From an uncultured Chloroflexia bacterium (GTDB lineage Bacteria; Chloroflexota; Limnocylindria; QHBO01): a stretch of DNA of 64,000 bases. The notes under the pieces are model-generated. The model made no database searches. It was not told the origin of the DNA and saw nothing but the letters and a program-made list of their open reading frames with translations. Within the stretch, counting starts at the first letter, position 1. Each line of letters opens with the position of its first letter. The stretch lies in contig CAWGTN010000002.1 of NCBI GenBank assembly GCA_963825525.1, forward strand, positions 1,728,001 through 1,792,000, given 5' to 3'. The translations under genes were made by a program, and so were the position numbers. Positions 30,970 to 39,971 of the stretch are shown in pieces.

Positions 30970-31701
30970 CCCAGGCTCGTCCGGACCAGCTCGGCGACTC
31001 TCGTGAAGATCGGCGCGAGCACGATCGCCGGCAGGAAGCTCGCGACACGCACCGGCTTCAGGTCCAGGAGCCGCAGCGCGATGCCCATCAGCACGAGCCC
31101 ACCCGTGGCGGTGACCGCCAGGATCGTCACCTCGTCCATGGCCCCCTGGAACAGGGTGGCGCCGGCTGCGATCCCGCCCTGCACCACGAGCACGGTCAGG
31201 GCCGAGAGATAGACGCCGGCGCCCGAGCGCAGCGGCGAACGCGATCGCCGCCACTCCGTCGAGGAGGGACTTGATCGAGAGCAGCTGGATGTCGCCGGTC
31301 AGTCCATTCTGCAGCGACCCCAGGATGGTCAACGGTCCGACGCAGAACACGATGCTCGCGGTCACGAAGCCCTCGGCGATGCGGCTGGGCCGCTCGCCGC
31401 TGGACAGGTGCTCCTGGAACCACGATCCGAGCCACTCCAGGCCATCGTGCAGCCTGACGAGCTCACCGACGATGACGCCGAGGAGCAATGCTCCGAGGAT
31501 CGCGAGATCGTCACCCGGTTGCGCGGCCGGATCGGTGAAGATCGAGAGCGCCATCGACATGGCGAACGCCAGCGTGAAGAATGCGAGCCCGGTCGTCAGG
31601 CTGCCATGCATTCGACCTGGCATGCGGGACCCGATCAGGAGCCCGATCGACGTGCCGACCAGCACGGTGGCCACGTTGAGAAGAGTGCCGGTCAGAAACA
31701 T
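30966..31701 (-). pseudogene. DUF554 membrane protein with one +1 frameshift (probable sequencing error)
   Basis: GTLLNVATV, FVTAS..FCVGP...LGS...GL.GD, KS.LDG; one extra G at about 31222-31224 separates ...AAALG from AGVYLSALTVLVVQGG. Confidence 0.8.
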
Positions 31702-31721
31702 CCTCGGTAGGGTATGCGAGC

Positions 31722-32423
31722 ATGCAACGCAGCGCACTCCTCCTCGGTATCGTTCTCGTCGTGGTCGGGTGTCGTGCAGATTCGCCGCCGAACCCCGTCC
31801 AGGAGAGCTCGTTGCGCTACGTTGCCCTCGGTGATTCGTACACCATCGGCACCTCGGTGGCCGAGGACGAGCGCTGGCCGAACCAGCTCGTCCGCCAACT
31901 GCGGGGCCTTGAGCTCGTCGGCAACCTGGCGGTGAACGGGTACACGTCACGCGACGTGATCGAGCACGAGCTGCCGGCGCTCGCGGCAGCGGACCCCGAA
32001 TTCGTCACGCTGCTCATCGGGGTCAACGACGTCGTCCAGGGCGTCAGCGACGAGCAGTACGCCGCCAACGTGGACGTCATCCTCGAGGCCCTGTTGGGCA
32101 TGCTTCCGCCGGAACGGGTGCTGTGCGTGGCCACCCCGGACTACACCCTCACGCCCCAGGGTTCGGCCTTCGGGGACCCGACGCGGCAGCGAGGCGGGAT
32201 CGTTCGCGTGAACGGCATGCTTCAGGAAGCCTGCGACTCACGCGGGATCCGATTCGTGCCCCAGATCTTCGATATCAGCCAGGAGGCGCTCGACGATCCA
32301 TCTCTGGTCGCGAACGACGGCCTGCACCCATCCGGCATCCAGTACGGGCGCTGGGTCGACGTCATCGCACCGGTGGTCACCGAGGCGCTCGGCACGGGCC
32401 CTGCTACGCTTCCCGACGGATGA
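31722..32423 (+). CDS. SGNH/GDSL hydrolase lipoprotein
   Basis: Lipobox VVGC; ALGDSYT, G.NDV, DGLHPS. Confidence 0.9.
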   Translation: MQRSALLLGIVLVVVGCRADSPPNPVQESSLRYVALGDSYTIGTSVAEDERWPNQLVRQLRGLELVGNLAVNGYTSRDVIEHELPALAAADPEFVTLLIGVNDVVQGVSDEQYAANVDVILEALLGMLPPERVLCVATPDYTLTPQGSAFGDPTRQRGGIVRVNGMLQEACDSRGIRFVPQIFDISQEALDDPSLVANDGLHPSGIQYGRWVDVIAPVVTEALGTGPATLPDG

Positions 32424-33910
32424 CCAGCACCGATCGACCGATGCGCGTCCGCATGGCTCCGAGCCCAACCGGCCCGCTCCATATCGGCACCGCGCGCACC
32501 AGCCTCTACAACTACCTTGCCGCGCGCCATGCGGGAGGGACCTACGTGCTGCGCATCGAGGACACGGACGTCGCACGCAGCACCGACGCCTTCGAGCGCG
32601 ACATCATCGACAACCTCCACTGGCTCGGGATCACGTGGGACGAGGGCCCACAGGTCGCCGGCGGCGACGAGGCCGGGTCATTCGGGCCGTATCGGCAGCG
32701 TGACCGCATGGATCGCTACGCGGTCGAGGCCGAGCGCCTGCTCGCCACCGGTTCCGCCTATCGATGCTGGTGCACGACCGAGGAGCTGGATGCCGTGCGG
32801 CGGCAGCAGGAGGCGGCCAAGGAGCCGCCGCGCTACAACCGTCGTTGCCTCAACCTCTCCGAGGCCGAGCGGACGGCATTCGAGACGGAGGGTCGCCCCT
32901 CGGTCCTTCGTTTCAAGGTCGTGCCCGAGACGATCACCTTCAACGATCTCGTGCGCGGCGAGGTCTCGTTCGACAACGCGCTGCTCGGTGACTTCGTCAT
33001 CGTCCGCAACGATGGCGTGCCGCTCTACCACTTCGTGGTGGTGGTCGACGACGAGGCGATGGAGATCACCCACGTCATCCGCGGCGAGGACCATCTCTCC
33101 AACACGCCCAAGCACATTGCCCTGATTCGGGCGCTGGGCTACACGGAACCGCAATTCGGCCACATCCCGCTGATCCTCAACCCGGATCGGTCGAAGATGA
33201 GCAAGCGGAAGTCGCAGACCTCGATCACCGCCTATCGCGAGGAGGGCTACCTGCCCGAGGCATTCGTGAACTTCCTCGCATTCCTGGGCTGGTCTCCCGG
33301 GACCGAGGAGGAGATCTTCAGCCTGGCCGAGCTGAGTGAGCGATTCGAGCTCGCCAAGGTCCACAAGGGCGGTGCGATCTTCGACCGAGATCGGCTCGAT
33401 CACCTCAACGGCGTCTATATCCGGGCGCTGTCGGACGATCAGCTGGCGCTCCGCATCCGGCCGTGGGTGCCCGATGCAGTGCGCGACGACGACCTGCGTC
33501 GCCTGGTCCCGCTCATCAAGGAGCGTCTCGTCAAGCTCGGAGACGTGCCGGAGCTCATCGGATTCGTATGGGAACCCGATGAGGTCGTGGCGGGTTGGTA
33601 CGAAGGCGACCTGCTGCATCCGAAGAAAGGCGGCCCCCGGGAGGCGCGCGCGGCACTCGAAGGCGCGTCCGAAGTCGTCCGCGAGCTGGACGATGCCGAC
33701 TTCTCCGCCGATGTGCTGGAGCAGCGCTGCCGAGTCGCGGCCGACGACGCCGGGATGAAGGCCGGCGAATTCTTCTCCCCGATCCGCGTTGCAATCACAG
33801 GTCGCACCGTGTCGCCCCCGCTCTTCGCCTCGCTCGAGATGCTCGGCCGCGAGCGCTCGCTGGCGAGGCTTGAGCATGCGCTGGGCAAGCTGATGGAGAC
33901 GGTGGGATGA
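32420..33910 (+). CDS. gltX: Glutamate--tRNA ligase
   Basis: RMAPSPTGPLHIGT, LRIEDTD, RGEDHL.NT, KMSKR. Confidence 0.96.
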   Translation: MTSTDRPMRVRMAPSPTGPLHIGTARTSLYNYLAARHAGGTYVLRIEDTDVARSTDAFERDIIDNLHWLGITWDEGPQVAGGDEAGSFGPYRQRDRMDRYAVEAERLLATGSAYRCWCTTEELDAVRRQQEAAKEPPRYNRRCLNLSEAERTAFETEGRPSVLRFKVVPETITFNDLVRGEVSFDNALLGDFVIVRNDGVPLYHFVVVVDDEAMEITHVIRGEDHLSNTPKHIALIRALGYTEPQFGHIPLILNPDRSKMSKRKSQTSITAYREEGYLPEAFVNFLAFLGWSPGTEEEIFSLAELSERFELAKVHKGGAIFDRDRLDHLNGVYIRALSDDQLALRIRPWVPDAVRDDDLRRLVPLIKERLVKLGDVPELIGFVWEPDEVVAGWYEGDLLHPKKGGPREARAALEGASEVVRELDDADFSADVLEQRCRVAADDAGMKAGEFFSPIRVAITGRTVSPPLFASLEMLGRERSLARLEHALGKLMETVG

Positions 33911-34653
33911 CCGACGAGCCTCGGCCCGGGGAGCGGGCCCCGTCCGTCGAGTCCCTCATGGATGCCGACCTGATCGTGCCGATTCGGTCCTCGTCCGGCT
34001 CGAGCCCCGAGCCCGACAACGTGGATGCCACCGCCTTCCGGCACGGGGTCGACGAGTCTGGCGAGCGCTTCATCGCCGCCTTCACCTCCCCGGCGATCCT
34101 GGCCCAGCTGGGCCCGGCCGGCAGCGACAGCGTGCGGATGCCCGCGCAGGAGCTCTTCGAGCGGGCAGATGCCGCCCAGGAGCGGGTCGTGGTGGACCCG
34201 GGTGCGCCGACCCAGGTCGAGGTGGCGATCGGCGTGCTTCCGTTCCTTGCCGCGGGGATCGATCCCAACCGACCGGATGCGCTGAGGGCGCGTCGCCCCC
34301 TCGGTGGTCTGCCGGCGCTCGAGGTCCCGGAGCAGATCCCGGAGCCGTTCGGCCGCGAGCTCCACGCGGCCCTGGCCGACCTTGCTCATGTCGAGCGAGC
34401 GTGGTTGCTGAGGGCCGGCACGGCATGGACGGCCGGTATCCAGCTGCGGCCCGATGCGCTTCTCGTCGATTTCGACACCGTCCGAAATCGGCTGCACGCG
34501 GTCGCGACCGAGCACCTCGGGTCCCGGCGCCTGCTGGCTGTGACCGACCTGCGCGCGCCGGCCCTGCGCGAGATGTACGACGCCACGTCCGCGCCGTTCT
34601 ACGTCCGGGTCGAGGAGCGCAAGGGCCTGTTCTCGCGCCTCCTCGGCGGGTAG
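33907..34653 (+). CDS. SseB family protein (N and C domains)
   Basis: L.VP ... FIAAFTS...L ... VVVDPG pattern; V..AWL C-domain; ATGA overlap with gltX. Confidence 0.6.
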   Translation: MTDEPRPGERAPSVESLMDADLIVPIRSSSGSSPEPDNVDATAFRHGVDESGERFIAAFTSPAILAQLGPAGSDSVRMPAQELFERADAAQERVVVDPGAPTQVEVAIGVLPFLAAGIDPNRPDALRARRPLGGLPALEVPEQIPEPFGRELHAALADLAHVERAWLLRAGTAWTAGIQLRPDALLVDFDTVRNRLHAVATEHLGSRRLLAVTDLRAPALREMYDATSAPFYVRVEERKGLFSRLLGG

Positions 34654-34654
34654 G

Positions 34655-35674
34655 TCAGGGAACCAGGACCAGGCGTCCTTCGACGTCGCCCGCCCGAACG
34701 CGACCGTGTGCATCGGCCGCCTGGTCGAGCGGGACCGGCTCGGCGCTCCACTCGAGGTGGCCGCCCGCTGCCAGCGCGACCACATCCTCCAGGTCGGTGA
34801 CGGATCCCCAGGCCACGGTGGTGAACCACGACTCGACGGGGACGCGCTCGAATCCGAACGGGAGGGCACCGCCCGCTTCGCCGATGAGCGTCACGAGTCC
34901 CCCGGGCGCCACGACCGCAGCCGCGTGGGCGAGCGTCTCCGGTGTCCCGACGAAGTCGAACACGGCATCAGCCGGGCCGCCGAGCACCGCCACCGTCTCG
35001 TCCGCGGATGCGGACAGCAGGACCGCGTCCGCGCCGAGGGCCCGCGCACGGTCAAGCCGTGCCTGCGTGAGATCCTGGACGCCGATGCGCAGATCGTCGC
35101 CTCCACCAACCTGCCCTCGGAGGAACTGCAGTGCGAACTGGCCCAGTGCGCCGCACCCGATTGCCAGGACGCGGGCGCCCGGGACGAGCCAGGGGACGGC
35201 GCGTCGCACGGCGCGGTACGACGTGATGCCGGCATCGGCCAGTGGCGCAGCCCGCACCGGGTCCAGCGTTCCCAGCTGGACCAGGTGGCGCGCGTGGGGC
35301 ACGAGCATGGCCTCCGCATAGCCGCCATCCACCTGGAATCCGGGGGCGCTCGACGTCGCGCAGCGCTGCTCGGCTCCCGCCATGCACTCGCGGCACGTTC
35401 CGCAGCCCCAGCCGCCGGAGACGATCACCGGCTCGCCGATCGCTGGCGCCGTGGTGGCCGCCGGCCCGATGGCGTCGACCCATCCGGTCACCTCGTGCCC
35501 GAGGGTGACCGGCAGCCTGACGCGGGTCTGGGTTCCATCGGCGATGTGGAGGTCGGTGTGGCAGACCCCGCAGCCGGCGACCCTGATCCGGACCTCGGTT
35601 CCCGCGGGCTCCGGCCTGGCGACGTCGACCGCCTGAAGCGGTTCACCGGCGCGAACGACGCGAATGGCGCGCAC
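34655..35674 (-). CDS. Zn-dependent alcohol dehydrogenase
   Basis: GVCHTDLH, LGHE, C..C..C....EQRC, DAG.T.Y, GCGALG. Confidence 0.92.
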   Translation of the reverse strand: MRAIRVVRAGEPLQAVDVARPEPAGTEVRIRVAGCGVCHTDLHIADGTQTRVRLPVTLGHEVTGWVDAIGPAATTAPAIGEPVIVSGGWGCGTCRECMAGAEQRCATSSAPGFQVDGGYAEAMLVPHARHLVQLGTLDPVRAAPLADAGITSYRAVRRAVPWLVPGARVLAIGCGALGQFALQFLRGQVGGGDDLRIGVQDLTQARLDRARALGADAVLLSASADETVAVLGGPADAVFDFVGTPETLAHAAAVVAPGGLVTLIGEAGGALPFGFERVPVESWFTTVAWGSVTDLEDVVALAAGGHLEWSAEPVPLDQAADAHGRVRAGDVEGRLVLVP

Positions 35675-35685
35675 CGTACTGCCGG

Positions 35686-36204
35686 CTACGAGCCGGTCGA
35701 TGCGTCCTGGGAGGCGGCCGGGATCGGCTCAGAGAGGGCTCGCACGACCTGATCGACGAGGGAGTCCGGCTGAAGATCCTCGACGATGACGCGAATGATG
35801 CCCTCGCGGTCGGTGGCCACGGCCACCGGACGGGCGACATTGACGTTCTCGCCGTCGGCCACGGTCGGGATCCCCAGCATCTCGACCGCGCTGCGACGCT
35901 CGTCGCTCATCAGGAGGAACGGAAGGTCGTGCTTCTGCGCGAAGGCGGTCTGCTGCTCCTCGGAGTCGCAGCTGATTGCGGCGACCGCGATTCCGGCCTG
36001 GTGCAGCCGGTCGTGGCCGGCGATCAGGGCTTCGATCGCCTTCACGCCCCGGCGCCGATTGGCTCCCTGCATGGTCGGCGCACCGAAGAAGAGCAGCAGG
36101 GACGGCTGCTTCGTCACGTTGCTCCGCAGGTTGAGGAGATACCCGTCCGTGGCGCGCAGGCCAACCGAGGGGAGCGGCTCACCGACCGCCAGTTTCAGGC
36201 TCAT
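35686..36204 (-). CDS. AhpC/TSA redoxin-fold protein lacking the peroxidatic Cys
   Basis: L.VG...P...L, AISCDS....AFA.KH.LPF.L.SD, DREG.IR; TACAAT -10 6 nt before ATG. Confidence 0.75.
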   Translation of the reverse strand: MSLKLAVGEPLPSVGLRATDGYLLNLRSNVTKQPSLLLFFGAPTMQGANRRRGVKAIEALIAGHDRLHQAGIAVAAISCDSEEQQTAFAQKHDLPFLLMSDERRSAVEMLGIPTVADGENVNVARPVAVATDREGIIRVIVEDLQPDSLVDQVVRALSEPIPAASQDASTGS

Positions 36205-37109
36205 GCGCCGATTGTAGCGGCGCCCAGCCGGACCATGCCGCCCGACCGATGGACGAGCTCGTCGCGCTCGAGGCCGGCCAGCGTCCTCCGCCAGCCGGCG
36301 TCGTCGAGCGGCGGGCCGAGCCGCGAAGCGCCGACGGCGACAGCGTCGCGGCAGGCTCCCTCGGGCAGCTCATGACGCGGCGCGGCGGTGAGCAGCCGGA
36401 GCACCTCGCCGCGATAGGCACGGTTGCTTCCCCGCAGCGTCGGCTGCCGCGGCACCGCCACCCTCTTGGCCACCCCGCGGGACGGACATCCCGCGCTGAT
36501 CGGGCAGGCGTCGCAGCGCGGGGCGCGCGACCGGCAGACGTTCGCCCCGAACTCCATGCTCGTATGGGTCCAGGCGGCGACCTGGTTGCCGACCCCGGGG
36601 CCCGCGAGCGCATCCGCCACCGCCTGCAGGGCAGACGGCCGATCCGCGCCAGCGAACCGGCGCAGGAGCCATCGGCGAACGTTGGTATCGACGACGCCAA
36701 CCGGGATGCCGAACGCGATCGATGCGATTGCTCTCGAGGTGTACGGCCCGATCCCGGGCAGCCCAGCCAGGCCCGCGACGTCGCGCGGCCATCCGTCGGC
36801 GGCGACGCGCGCCGCAGTCCGCTGGAGTGCGATGGCTCGCCGGTTGTAGCCGAGGCCGCTCCACTCGGCGAGGACCTCGGAAGCCGGTGCCGCGGCCAGG
36901 GCTTCGACGGTCGGAAAGCGCGACATGAATCGCGGGAATCGTTCGGCGACTCGGGACGCCTGTGTCTGCTGCAGCATGATCTCGCTGACCAGGACCTCGT
37001 AGGGCTCGCTGCGTCCGCGCCACGGGAAGTCGCGGTGCTCGCGGGCGTACCAATCGAGCAGGCTGCGGCGCACGCGCCGGGTCACTGAGGCAGCTGGCGG
37101 GGCGGTCAC
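36201..37109 (-). CDS. mutY: A/G-specific adenine glycosylase
   Basis: VSEIMLQQTQ, W.GLGY..RA, LPGIGPYT, VDTNV.R, C......C..CP....C [4Fe-4S] motif. Confidence 0.92.
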   Translation of the reverse strand: MTAPPAASVTRRVRRSLLDWYAREHRDFPWRGRSEPYEVLVSEIMLQQTQASRVAERFPRFMSRFPTVEALAAAPASEVLAEWSGLGYNRRAIALQRTAARVAADGWPRDVAGLAGLPGIGPYTSRAIASIAFGIPVGVVDTNVRRWLLRRFAGADRPSALQAVADALAGPGVGNQVAAWTHTSMEFGANVCRSRAPRCDACPISAGCPSRGVAKRVAVPRQPTLRGSNRAYRGEVLRLLTAAPRHELPEGACRDAVAVGASRLGPPLDDAGWRRTLAGLERDELVHRSGGMVRLGAATIGA

Positions 37110-37174
37110 GGGTCGCGATGGTAGCGGACCGGGCCGGCGCATCGGCTTCGCACCGGTGCGCTACCGTTGCCCGC

Positions 37175-37954
37175 ATGAGCTATCGCCTGCTCTGCCTCGA
37201 TGCGGGTTTCACCCTCCTGTCGCCTCGGCGCACCCTTGCGGATGCGCTGTCCGGCGTGCTTGCCAGAGATGGCCACGCGATCACGGAGGAGGAGATCCGA
37301 ACCGCGTGGGACCAGTCGGACCGCTGGTTCTGGGACGAATATCACCGGCCGGGCAATGACACGTGGACGGACGATGGTCGCATCGACGACTACTGGCGCA
37401 GGTATCACGGGACGATGCTCGAGCGGCTGGGTGTCGATGCGCGGCAGGAGGTCCTGGACCGCATCCTGGCCAGCCAATTCGCGACCGACGCGTGGGAGCT
37501 GTATCCCGATGTCGAGCCGATGCTGCGCGAGGTCGGCGCGCTGGGGGTGAAGGTCGGGATCGTGAGCGACTGGGGATCGAACCTGCGCGGGATCGTGGAG
37601 CAGCTGGGTCTGGACCGATACCTCGACTTCGTCCTGCCGTCCGGCGCCGTGGGTGTGGCCAAGCCAAGTCCCGCCTTCTTCCGGCTGGCCCTCGAGAACG
37701 CTGCCGTGGCGCCGGAGGAGGCACTGATGGTCGGTGACTCGTATCGGGCGGACGTTCGTGGGGCATGGTCCGCCGGCATGTCGGCGCTGTGGCTCGATCG
37801 CTCGGACGGCCACCGGATCACTCCCGATGACGAGCCCGCCCCCGACGATGTTCGCATCGTCCGATCTCTCGATGAGCTGCCCGAGATCGTCCGCAGCGGA
37901 GTGATCCTGCCGCGTGGCGAGGTGATCGTCGCCGACCGCCCATCGATCGCCTGA
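37175..37954 (+). CDS. HAD-IA family hydrolase
   Basis: LDAGFTL, VSDW, KP.P..F, VGDS...D..GA. Confidence 0.88.
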   Translation: MSYRLLCLDAGFTLLSPRRTLADALSGVLARDGHAITEEEIRTAWDQSDRWFWDEYHRPGNDTWTDDGRIDDYWRRYHGTMLERLGVDARQEVLDRILASQFATDAWELYPDVEPMLREVGALGVKVGIVSDWGSNLRGIVEQLGLDRYLDFVLPSGAVGVAKPSPAFFRLALENAAVAPEEALMVGDSYRADVRGAWSAGMSALWLDRSDGHRITPDDEPAPDDVRIVRSLDELPEIVRSGVILPRGEVIVADRPSIA

Positions 37955-37962
37955 AGGCTGCC

Positions 37963-38988
37963 GTGACGAGCTCGGTTGGTCTCCCCATCGTTGTCGACAA
38001 GTTCGGTGGGTCAGTGCTCCGTCGACCGGAGGACATCGCCGCCGCCGCGGATGTCGTTGCTCGGCAGCGAGCCGCCGGCATGCGCCCCGTCATCGTGGTG
38101 AGTGCCTTCGAAGGCGTCACCGACACCATCCTGGGCGCCGCCCGCGTTCTGCTCCCCGATCGCGGCGAGTCGCTGCGGGAGCCGGGCCAGGATGCCGGGT
38201 CTGCCTTCGCGCGCGAGACGGATCGGGCACTTGCCACCGGCGAGGCGCTGTCCGCCGCGCTCTTCGCCCTTGGCCTCCAGGCGCGCGGGATTCCGGCACG
38301 ATCGTTCTCCGGGGCGGAGGCGGGCATCCGGACGGCGGCCGCCCATCTCGGGGCGGAGGTGCGCCGCGTGCTGGCTCGTCCACTGCGCAGCGCGCTGGCC
38401 GATGGCCTGGTGCCGGTGGTCGCGGGCTTCCAGGGCATCGGCACGCATGGGGAGCTGACGACATTGGGCCGCGGCGGCACCGACCTGTCCGCGGTCGCGT
38501 TGGCCGTCGCCCTGCGCGCCGATCGCTGCGAGCTGTTCAAGGACGTCGGCGGCGTCCTGGAGGCCGATCCGAACCTCGTGCCGGCGGCACGGTTCCTTCC
38601 GGTGGTCGATGCTCGCCAGCTCGAGCTCCTCGCCGAGCTGGGCGCCGAGGTCGTCCACCCGGTGGCGGTGCGCCGAGCCCGACGCGGCCGGCTTCAGCTC
38701 GTCGTCCGCGCGCTTGATGACGACGCGCCGCAGACCATGGTCCGCCCGGTCCGTGACGGCGATGGGGTCCTCATGCTGGCGGTGGATCGCAAGGAGCGCG
38801 TGGCGCGCATCAGCCTCGTCGGCCCATCCGCGCTGATGCCGGAGGTGCTGCCACTGCCGGCACACGGTGAGGGTGCGTTCGACGAGGGCGGCATGCGGGT
38901 CGTGTGGGCGGAGGTGCCCCTGGCGTCAGCCGCCTCCGCGGCCCAGGCAGTGCACGCCTCGTACATGGGATCGCCGCGCCGGGGATGA
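37963..38988 (+). CDS. Aspartate kinase (reduced ACT region)
   Basis: KFGGS, VVSA, ATGE, VAGFQG, TTLGRGGTD, DV.GV..ADP. Confidence 0.88.
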   Translation: MTSSVGLPIVVDKFGGSVLRRPEDIAAAADVVARQRAAGMRPVIVVSAFEGVTDTILGAARVLLPDRGESLREPGQDAGSAFARETDRALATGEALSAALFALGLQARGIPARSFSGAEAGIRTAAAHLGAEVRRVLARPLRSALADGLVPVVAGFQGIGTHGELTTLGRGGTDLSAVALAVALRADRCELFKDVGGVLEADPNLVPAARFLPVVDARQLELLAELGAEVVHPVAVRRARRGRLQLVVRALDDDAPQTMVRPVRDGDGVLMLAVDRKERVARISLVGPSALMPEVLPLPAHGEGAFDEGGMRVVWAEVPLASAASAAQAVHASYMGSPRRG

Positions 38989-39011
38989 CCCGGGACACCA
39001 CGAGCCAGGCG

Positions 39012-39971
39012 TCAGCCAGCCACGGCCTCGTGCTCGGCGATGGAGGTGGATCGCCCACCCAGCTGGAGCAGAACCGCGGCCACCAGGATGAGGCCGCCGC
39101 CCAGGAGCTGGAGCGCGGCGGGCTGTTCGTTGAGCAGCCACGCGGCGAGCCCCACTCCCACGACGGGCTCCAGGGTGGCCAGGATGGCGGCCCGCGGCGC
39201 CCCGAGCATCCTGATGCCCGTGATGAAGCACAGGGTCGGGATGGCCGCCCCGATGAACCCGGCCACCAGGACGGGCCATAGCGCATCGGCGGATGCCAGT
39301 GGAGCCGCCATCTCGACCAACTGGCCGGTGGCCAGCGCAATGACCACGTACCCCAACGCAGCCCCGCCCATGGTCAACGCCGCGGACTCGACCGGCGGGA
39401 TGCGAGCGAACCCGTGGCGCGCGGCCATGACGTAGAAGGCCTGGGCCATGGCCGCGAGGAAGGCCAGGCCGATCCCGACGCCATCCAGGTGCCCGAGCTC
39501 GCCGGAGCCGGTGAGCGTCATCGTGAGCCCGATCATCGAGACGCCGAGCGCCGCCCATCGCACCGCGTCGAGCCGATCGCCGAACCAGATGACCGAGGCG
39601 ATCGCCACGAATGCCGGATAGCTGTAGAAGACGAGCAGCGCCAGCCCGATGTCGATCCGCACGAAGGCGATGAACATGGCCAGGTTGAGGACCAGGTTGG
39701 CCATGGATGCGGTCCCGATGAACCATCGGTCGCGTCTGCCGATGCTGCGCAGGCCGACCGGCCGGCGTCCCGCGACGCGATGCAGTGTGACGAGCAGGAG
39801 GATCATGGCGGTCGCTCCGATGCCGGCGCGCCAGGCGACGATCGCCAGCGCTTCCACGCCCGCCGCGTCGGCGAAGCGGGTGACCGGGCCGAGCGTCCCG
39901 AAGCACACGGCGGCGAGGACCACGAGCCCGGCGCCAAGGGCCCCTGACCCGTCCCCCGAGCGGTCGCTCAC
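39012..39971 (-). CDS. DMT/EamA family transporter
   Basis: About 10 TM; P.FV, GA..AA....LEP. Confidence 0.88.
   Translation of the reverse strand: MSDRSGDGSGALGAGLVVLAAVCFGTLGPVTRFADAAGVEALAIVAWRAGIGATAMILLLVTLHRVAGRRPVGLRSIGRRDRWFIGTASMANLVLNLAMFIAFVRIDIGLALLVFYSYPAFVAIASVIWFGDRLDAVRWAALGVSMIGLTMTLTGSGELGHLDGVGIGLAFLAAMAQAFYVMAARHGFARIPPVESAALTMGGAALGYVVIALATGQLVEMAAPLASADALWPVLVAGFIGAAIPTLCFITGIRMLGAPRAAILATLEPVVGVGLAAWLLNEQPAALQLLGGGLILVAAVLLQLGGRSTSIAEHEAVAG

Noticed and set aside
29806-31950. 714-aa DUF554-LtrA fusion protein
   Set aside because: Explained by one extra G; the joining segment is out-of-frame sequence and each gene has a normal start and stop otherwise.
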